Part shown: piece after piece, positions 57,766-64,000 of the stretch
Position numbering within the stretch: the stretch's first letter is position 1
Layout of the letters: each line of letters starts with the position of its first letter
Source of the DNA: an uncultured archaeon
Lineage (GTDB): Archaea; Aenigmatarchaeota; Aenigmatarchaeia; QMZP01
Assembly: GCA_964498245.1 (NCBI GenBank)
Contig: CAZCGK010000001.1
Coordinates: 36,581 to 100,580 of the forward strand
Reading direction: 5' to 3'
DNA length: 64,000 nucleotides
Notes under the pieces: model-generated
Told to the model about the DNA's origin: nothing
The model's input: only the letters and a program-made list of their open reading frames with translations
Databases searched by the model: none
Program-made: the position numbers and the translations under genes

Positions 57766-58503
57766 TTAAGGTAATTCTTTAATTTTATCCGTTATGTATT
57801 TTGAAAGACCCGGAGATGCTTTCAAATCAACTCCTGCATAGTTCTTGAGAAAAGCCCCTATTGTGTTGTTGAACATCCAGGCAAGCCCCTCTTCTATTTT
57901 GTTTCCCACATCTCCTGCAATTGTAAGAGCCCATTCCGTTCTGTTCTGTCTAGACTGTGATTCCTGATACCTTCTTATCATGTCTTTCATAACTTGGTGA
58001 TGTTCCTGAGCAAAATCGTTCAGGTATTGCATTATCTGCCTTTCCAGAAATGCTTCATAGCCCTTTTCTGCAAGATCTCTTACTTCTTTATTATTCACTG
58101 ATTTGAGATATTCCAGTGCTTTTCCTGTAAGATATTCTATTACTTCTTCATTTTCCTCTTCTGGGAATATTGTATGTATCTTTTCGTGAACATAGGTAAG
58201 AATTCTCTTTCCCTCGTCTTTTTCAATTTCGCTATCAAGGAATATTTCATATTCTCTAAGAGACCCGTCTTCACCGCATTTAATATCTACATATCCATCG
58301 AGTTTCTTTCCTGTTTTCTCATCCCTGAGATTATGTTTGGTTTTGTAGGGTTTTTCCCCCTGAGATATTCTCCATAGGTCTGTATATATTTCATCCATTC
58401 CTTTTTCAAGAAGCAGTTTCTCTCTGCCTGAATTTATGCCGGATATCGGCATATCATCTGAATACAGGTCTTGAAGGTGAAGTTTGAATTTCATAATTGT
58501 CAC
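57766..58503 (-). CDS. Hypothetical cytoplasmic protein. The likely true start is ATG at 58494 (MKFKLHL...); the track starts at a GTG.
   Basis: ORF only; no recognisable motifs. A 9-bp perfect inverted repeat lies 2 nt upstream of the ATG. Confidence 0.4.
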   Translation of the reverse strand: MTIMKFKLHLQDLYSDDMPISGINSGREKLLLEKGMDEIYTDLWRISQGEKPYKTKHNLRDEKTGKKLDGYVDIKCGEDGSLREYEIFLDSEIEKDEGKRILTYVHEKIHTIFPEEENEEVIEYLTGKALEYLKSVNNKEVRDLAEKGYEAFLERQIMQYLNDFAQEHHQVMKDMIRRYQESQSRQNRTEWALTIAGDVGNKIEEGLAWMFNNTIGAFLKNYAGVDLKASPGLSKYITDKIKELP

Positions 58504-58577
58504 TGATAAATAGTGACAATATCGTATTTAAATGCTTTTCTATACTGCAATATAGATTATAGAATGATGATAAAGAA

Positions 58578-59960
58578 TTATTTAAATTTAATTTTATAGA
58601 TTAGGATAGCAATTATGATTACGATCAGCAACAGTATTGCTGTAAGTGTTTCTTTTATTTCTTCTGTGAATAATCCTGCTATCGGAAAACTTGATTTATT
58701 GTTGGTCGTGCTACTGCTAATATTCTGTTCGATTGATTCTATGCATTTGCCGTTCGAGCAGCCGTTTTCGCATTCATATATTTTTTTCCACACACCGTTT
58801 TCGCATTTCCACAGGCTCTTGCCTACACATCGTGTAATGCCTGATTCGCATTCCTCTGTGAGGATGCTTTTGAGGCCGCATGCCTGCTTTTCCGGTGGTT
58901 TGTCTTCTGTTGTATTGCAATTGTTAACATCCACACACTTTCTTGTTTGAGAACCGTTAATACACTGGGACCAGGGGGAGCATTCCCATTCAGGAATGCA
59001 TTCTTCTGGTTGACTTACAAAAAATCCTCCACCACCGGAGCTTCCACCACTTGCCGGATTTGATGGTTGTGAGCATTCACCGCAATCCTCCGGGCAGGAA
59101 GAGCAAGTTTCGCCTATTTCTGAGTTGCATATTCCATCCCCGCAGAACAATTCTTCCCCAAACAAACCGTAAGTGGAGAAATGCGTTACTTCAGCCCACA
59201 CATAGTTTTTTTCTGTGTTTATTCCTTGATTTGGAAGCCTCTCCCAACTTCCTGTTGATTCATTGTAATAGTATAGTTCAAGCGAGTTTTCATTGATGCC
59301 TTCGATTTCTTCTTGACTGTAATACACCCTTAATATCGCGTAGTCAACAATTGAATTATCGATTGTGATTTCAAATGTTTTGAGTTGGGATTTGTTTTCT
59401 AAACGAAATGCTGAAATGGGGTCTCCTTTGTATATTGAGATGGTTACGGGCTGGTTTGTCACATCTCTATTGGTTTTTATACTTAAACTTAATTCTGGAG
59501 ATATATCTTTGCTTATGTTTATCCATCCTTCCTCTGAGGTTGCGTTTATATTTAACGAGCTTGTTGGAGATAGCGAGAGGTTTATATTCTTGATATAGTC
59601 TCCCCTTTTGGCAGAACCAACACACACACCGTTTATTAAAAAGTTTACAGGATCTCCTGCAGTACCGCCAGTGATATGAATGGTATAGTAACCATCTTCT
59701 GTTATTACACAGGATACGCCTTCATTCCCTTCTTGAGGGGGTTGGCACTGACATCTCGGATATGAACACTCAAGATATTCACCATTTAGATATACATCGA
59801 TTTTCGTACCGTTAGGTGCAGGTATTCCGGCGATTTCAACAGTGCCGTAAAATGTGTCTGGAAGAAGGGGCTGCGCGGATCCGGCTGCAATAGAGGTGAA
59901 TAAAGTGAGAGAGGATAATATGAGGATTAGGATATGGTTTTGAAACTTTAAGGGGTTCAT
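58578..59960 (-). CDS. Secreted cysteine-rich protein with a C-terminal TM anchor (460 aa)
   Basis: Signal MNPLKFQNHILILILSSLTLFTSIAAGSA. Module CGDGICNSEIGETCSSCPEDCGEC and further Cys-rich repeats. C-terminal TM LTAILLLIVIIIAILIYKI. Confidence 0.6.
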   Translation of the reverse strand: MNPLKFQNHILILILSSLTLFTSIAAGSAQPLLPDTFYGTVEIAGIPAPNGTKIDVYLNGEYLECSYPRCQCQPPQEGNEGVSCVITEDGYYTIHITGGTAGDPVNFLINGVCVGSAKRGDYIKNINLSLSPTSSLNINATSEEGWINISKDISPELSLSIKTNRDVTNQPVTISIYKGDPISAFRLENKSQLKTFEITIDNSIVDYAILRVYYSQEEIEGINENSLELYYYNESTGSWERLPNQGINTEKNYVWAEVTHFSTYGLFGEELFCGDGICNSEIGETCSSCPEDCGECSQPSNPASGGSSGGGGFFVSQPEECIPEWECSPWSQCINGSQTRKCVDVNNCNTTEDKPPEKQACGLKSILTEECESGITRCVGKSLWKCENGVWKKIYECENGCSNGKCIESIEQNISSSTTNNKSSFPIAGLFTEEIKETLTAILLLIVIIIAILIYKIKFK

Positions 59961-59976
59961 GGCACTCTACCTGGTT

Positions 59977-60438
59977 TTACCTATGGAAGATAAATTTAAA
60001 AAGCATTGCTCCGATCACGATGGTTATTACGACCAAAACCCAAAGAAGAGTTAAGTTTTGTTCCTCTTGATCCTGTATTTGAACGGTGATGTCTGCGGTT
60101 TCTATCTCGCCTGGAATGATTTTCACGGATGTGTTTGTTCTGATACCATTAACGAATATATAGGCGGATTTCCCTTCAAGATCCTTTGAAGGAATGCTAA
60201 GCACATATGCTCCTTCTTCTGTAAGATTATATCGAGCCACTTCCTTGTTATCAACATAAGCTGTAACAATCGTGCCCGGTGGAGCTGGTTTATTGTCTAT
60301 ATACACCTTACCCATGAGGGTAAATGGTAAAACAGGTGGTGCTTGGGGCAATAACGGCTGTGCAGAACCGATCACAGCTTCAAGGATAATAAGAAAAAAC
60401 AGGGAAAAAGCAATTGTTCCGATTCTCATTGATATCAC
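59977..60438 (-). CDS. Small secreted protein with a C-terminal TM anchor (153 aa), paralogous to the N-terminal domain of 58578-59960
   Basis: Shares ...GSAQPLLP... and a following G.V.I...PAP.GT.I..Y..N motif with the neighbouring gene. C-terminal TM LTLLWVLVVITIVIGAMLF. Confidence 0.55.
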   Translation of the reverse strand: MISMRIGTIAFSLFFLIILEAVIGSAQPLLPQAPPVLPFTLMGKVYIDNKPAPPGTIVTAYVDNKEVARYNLTEEGAYVLSIPSKDLEGKSAYIFVNGIRTNTSVKIIPGEIETADITVQIQDQEEQNLTLLWVLVVITIVIGAMLFKFIFHR

Positions 60439-60459
60439 TTACAGCCTTGATGGCTTGGT

Positions 60460-63400
60460 TTATGCTGGTGGAGAGTAGCAGATATTGAGGTAATACAGCT
60501 CTTCGTTACTGTATGTTATCGGAATGTGCAGCCAGTATCCTCTGCCTGGATACATATCTTCTACCGGTAATCCATCTGCATATTGCAGCTCGTAATCCTG
60601 GCTTGCTGGATTATACCAGTATATCACCGATACCTTGTCGAGCAGATCAAAAGGTATGACCGAGGATATATCAGATGGTGAAAGACATGAGTAGCCTATC
60701 AGGTTCCATCCGCCCTTAAGCAGGACTGATGGTATAACCGAAGGTGTGTTCTCATTAACAGCATAGTTCACTCCTATTAACTGATCTGTTTTGGAATACA
60801 CGAAGTATCCATATCCTGGCTCAAGACCCTCTTCAATTACCACCCAGTCTTGGGCTGATGCATCCCAGCCATAGATTGCTGTGATGTTATCATTCTCATA
60901 CATTGCCTGCCATGACTCATCATCTATCGCTTTAGGCACGGATATCTGGTTCCATCCCTGTTTGAGATCGAGGATGAAATCATAGACCTCGATTGCACCA
61001 ACCCGAATTTCATTGTTTTCATTGCCCGCCATGTCGGTGAGATTGATCATCACATAATATGTTCCGTGCGGAACGATATTGCCTTCCTCATCTGTTCCGT
61101 TCCAATCTTTGGTTTGGGGACGTGTTGCAGTACCTGAATCTATTTGCTTCACGAACTCACCGTTGCTGTCAACTATGTAAATCACATAATCAGCTCTTTC
61201 CGAAAATTCAAGGTCAATCTCTGCTCTATTGTACCACACCCACTCCCATCCTTCACCACTCATGGACGGAGCGATCTTGTCGGGTGTTATTGATGCTTGA
61301 GTGACTGTCGGTGGGGTGTTGTCTACTTCTATGCCTGGTTCTTTGTCTGTTCCTGTTAATCCAGCGTCATCAGTTGCTGTGGCTTTTAGTATTACTGCAG
61401 GTGCATTGCCAGGTCCTTGTCCTGTAGAGGTGGTATCCCAATCGAAAGTACCATCAGCGGGAGAGTAGTCTATGCCGATAGTGACCCAAGATTCTCCATC
61501 ATCGGTATCACAATCATCATTTGTATTCAAATCTACACAGTACTCAAAAGTGACAGATTGGGTGTCAGCTGAGGTTTTGTAAGTAATTTGGAATGTTCCA
61601 CTAACAGTTGAATCTGTGGTTGGAGATTGAATTGTGACTGTCGGGTTTACTGTGTCGATGGTTAAATCCGTGACTTCATCCGTTCTTGTTAGTCCGGCGT
61701 CATCAGTTGCTGTGGCTTTTATGATCACATCTGTTAGGTCTAAATCTGTTGTGTCCCAATCGATAGACCATATTCCAGAACTGTAGGATGCAGATCCTAT
61801 GGTGCGCCAATCAGTTCTGTCATAATATTCGAAAACCACTGAAGTGACATCATCATCTCCGGTGGCTTTGAGGGTGTAAGGAGTGCTTGTTATTGTCGCT
61901 CCATCTGAGGGGTCTGTGATCGTGACTGTCGGCGGGGTGTTATCTATCTGTACTGTGACTTCTGTTGGAGCCTCGTTACCAGCATCATCTGTTGCTGTTA
62001 TGGTCACAGTTTGATCATCATCTCCTGTTGTTTCTGAAACTGTTACTTGTGCACCGTAGAGTCCTGGATCTGATTGTCCATCATTATCCCAGTCATAGGT
62101 TGAACCATCATCTTTATACATGGTTATGGAGTTTCCACCTCCTATGCTGGAAGCGTCCAGGATTACACTACTAATATCCACGTCTGGGATTTCTACAGTA
62201 AATGTTAAGGTATCACCATTCTTTGCTTCACTTTGTGATTCTGGGTAGATAATGCTTAGAGCCTGGATGGTGGGTGGTGTGTTGTCAACCGAAACTGCAT
62301 CATCATCTTGTACTGTTACGGAGTTACCCGCATCATCGGTGACTGTTACTGACGCATAGAGTTCTGAGGAATCTATAATATCAATACCATCGCCAGATTG
62401 AGGGACTGTGCAAGTGGCAGTCCATATACCATCATTATCATCATCAGATGCTTGAACTTGGTTACTACATCCGAACGCGGACATATCAACGATAACCGAA
62501 ACTACATCTAGGTTATTGTCCCCATTAGCGGAATTATTCCAAGAAACTGTTATTACATCGTTTGGATTAGCTATTCCATTATCGTTTGCATCCGTGGATA
62601 TTGAAGTTTGGATGTTGGCTTGGGTGACTGTGGGTGGTGTGTTGTCAACCGAAACTGCATCATCATCTTGTACTGTTACGGAGTTACCCGCATCATCGGT
62701 GACTGTTACTGACGCATAGAGTTCTGAGGAATCTATAATATCAATACCATCGCCAGATTGAGGGACTGTGCAAGTGGCAGTCCATATACCATCATTATCA
62801 TCATCAGATGCTTGAACTTGGTTACTACATCCGAACGCGGACATATCAACGATAACCGAAACTACATCTAGGTTATTGTCCCCATTAGCGGAATTATTCC
62901 AAGAAACTGTTATTACATCGTTTGGATTAGCTATTCCATTATCGTTTGCATCCGTGGATATTGAAGTTTGGATGTTGGCTTGGGTGACTGTGGGTTTTGT
63001 TGCATCAACATTTGCTGTGTCTGTATCTGTAACAGAATTACCTGCGTCATCGGTAACAGTCACTGTAAATGTAAATACAGTCGAATCTGCCGTACCTTCC
63101 TCGACAGTGAAGGTGTCGAAATAATAGTTGTTGGTGTTATCCCAACTCAGAGGTTCTGCGGATGATAATCCTATCGCCGATAGGTTGATAGTAACAACTT
63201 CGTTATCATCATGTGAGGCATATACTGTAACAGTTATTTGGTCTTCTATACTGGCTGTTTGACTGTCTGGTTCTATAGAGACGGATGTGATTGTGGGTGG
63301 TGTGTTGTCTATCTGCACTGTGACTTCTGTTGGAGCCTCGTTACCAGCATCATCTGTTGCTGTTATGGTCACAGTTTGATCATCATCTCCTGTTGTTTCT

Positions 63401-63999
63401 GAAACTGTTACTTGTGCACCGTAGAGTCCTGGATCTGATTGTCCATCATTATCCCAGTCATAGGTTGAACCATCATCTTCATACATGGTTGTAGAGCTAT
63501 CACCACCAATATTGGAAGCGTCTAGAATTACTGACTGTACTCCCGCCGTAGCGTCTTGGACGAATGCAAGGATAATAATAATATCTCCATTTTTCGCCTC
63601 ACTTTGTCCCTCAGGATAAATGATACTTACCCAAGAAATTTGAGGTGGTGTATTATCTATTGTGAAATAATCATCAGAAAAATCAAACACAGAATAACCA
63701 TCTTTATCCACAATGTAAATTTTATATTTAGTGCTATCAGGATAGGCTCCTGTAGATGTGTCCCACACATAAGATGTCACACCTGGGGCAATTGCCTTAC
63801 TAATAACATATTGTGTTGAGCTACCGCTACTGTAATCAATAGCATACAACTCAAAGCCATTTGATGAAGTTCCAGTGTAAGTCCAAGTAATGGTCTGTGT
63901 GCCTTTCCAAATCTCTCCACCATTTGGAGAAGTTATTGTTATGGAAGAGGCGGCAAAACCAACATCACCAATCAATCCCATGACAATGAAAAATAACAT
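60460..63999 (-). CDS. Giant adhesin-like surface protein (at least 1179 aa) with Ig-like/Ca-binding-like repeats. The start codon is at the window edge and may extend further.
   Basis: Signal MLFFIVMGLIGDVGFAASS. Repeated T(I/V)TATDDAGN... and DWDNDGQSD motifs. An exact 120-aa tandem repeat and other duplicated blocks. Confidence 0.7.
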   Translation of the reverse strand: MLFFIVMGLIGDVGFAASSITITSPNGGEIWKGTQTITWTYTGTSSNGFELYAIDYSSGSSTQYVISKAIAPGVTSYVWDTSTGAYPDSTKYKIYIVDKDGYSVFDFSDDYFTIDNTPPQISWVSIIYPEGQSEAKNGDIIIILAFVQDATAGVQSVILDASNIGGDSSTTMYEDDGSTYDWDNDGQSDPGLYGAQVTVSETTGDDDQTVTITATDDAGNEAPTEVTVQIDNTPPTITSVSIEPDSQTASIEDQITVTVYASHDDNEVVTINLSAIGLSSAEPLSWDNTNNYYFDTFTVEEGTADSTVFTFTVTVTDDAGNSVTDTDTANVDATKPTVTQANIQTSISTDANDNGIANPNDVITVSWNNSANGDNNLDVVSVIVDMSAFGCSNQVQASDDDNDGIWTATCTVPQSGDGIDIIDSSELYASVTVTDDAGNSVTVQDDDAVSVDNTPPTVTQANIQTSISTDANDNGIANPNDVITVSWNNSANGDNNLDVVSVIVDMSAFGCSNQVQASDDDNDGIWTATCTVPQSGDGIDIIDSSELYASVTVTDDAGNSVTVQDDDAVSVDNTPPTIQALSIIYPESQSEAKNGDTLTFTVEIPDVDISSVILDASSIGGGNSITMYKDDGSTYDWDNDGQSDPGLYGAQVTVSETTGDDDQTVTITATDDAGNEAPTEVTVQIDNTPPTVTITDPSDGATITSTPYTLKATGDDDVTSVVFEYYDRTDWRTIGSASYSSGIWSIDWDTTDLDLTDVIIKATATDDAGLTRTDEVTDLTIDTVNPTVTIQSPTTDSTVSGTFQITYKTSADTQSVTFEYCVDLNTNDDCDTDDGESWVTIGIDYSPADGTFDWDTTSTGQGPGNAPAVILKATATDDAGLTGTDKEPGIEVDNTPPTVTQASITPDKIAPSMSGEGWEWVWYNRAEIDLEFSERADYVIYIVDSNGEFVKQIDSGTATRPQTKDWNGTDEEGNIVPHGTYYVMINLTDMAGNENNEIRVGAIEVYDFILDLKQGWNQISVPKAIDDESWQAMYENDNITAIYGWDASAQDWVVIEEGLEPGYGYFVYSKTDQLIGVNYAVNENTPSVIPSVLLKGGWNLIGYSCLSPSDISSVIPFDLLDKVSVIYWYNPASQDYELQYADGLPVEDMYPGRGYWLHIPITYSNEELYYLNICYSPPA
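62272..62991. repeat. Perfect 2 x 360-bp tandem duplication inside the adhesin gene. Flanked by a dispersed near-identical pair of about 190 bp (61935-62125 and 63300-63490).
   Basis: Sequence lines 62281-62640 and 62641-63000 are identical base for base except at the final junction. The flanking pair was aligned by eye. Confidence 0.85.
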
Positions 64000-64000
64000 A

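Noticed and set aside
62272-62991. Tandem repeats as a possible CRISPR array
   Set aside because: Only two units, each 360 bp, with no spacers. They are in-frame within a CDS and encode an exact 120-aa protein repeat. No cas genes are present in the window.

Overview
Archaeal chromosome segment of about 38% GC, densely packed with short operons. It carries unmistakable archaeal housekeeping genes: the thermosome, TFB, ribosomal proteins L21e and S15/S13e, RpoF/Rpo4, Pus10, Dph2, HMG-CoA reductase, geranylgeranyl reductase, form III RuBisCO, CTP synthase, CysRS, RtcA, SecDF, MgtE and RibL. No rRNA, CRISPR array, integrase or transposase is visible. The accessory content is dominated by cell-surface machinery. 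(i) Positions 1-8700 on the minus strand hold a tightly overlapping eight-gene operon: seven proteins with type IV prepilin-like (class III) signal peptides plus a giant cysteine-rich repeat protein that runs off the window start. (ii) Positions 42834-48468 hold a Tad-like type IV pilus locus with two or three pilins, a FlaI/TadA-family ATPase and a split FlaJ/TadC. It has no FlaH/FlaF/FlaG, so it is not an archaellum. (iii) Positions 50522-63999 on the minus strand run secF-secD followed by giant glycosylated or adhesin-like surface proteins. One of these contains a perfect 360-bp tandem duplication. The single RNA gene is a tRNA at 11249-11493 on the minus strand. It only folds into a cloverleaf after removal of two introns: a 37-nt intron at the canonical 37/38 position and an unusually long intron of about 133 nt in the T-loop. 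The predicted anticodon is UAU. Other points of interest: a GGDEF-domain protein, which is rare in archaea; a 56-bp palindrome with four TTAGTTAA motifs directly upstream of an AAA+ ATPase gene; a ParA plus small winged-helix cassette; a membrane-anchored winged-helix regulator; and a RuBisCO operon with an unusual gene neighbourhood.
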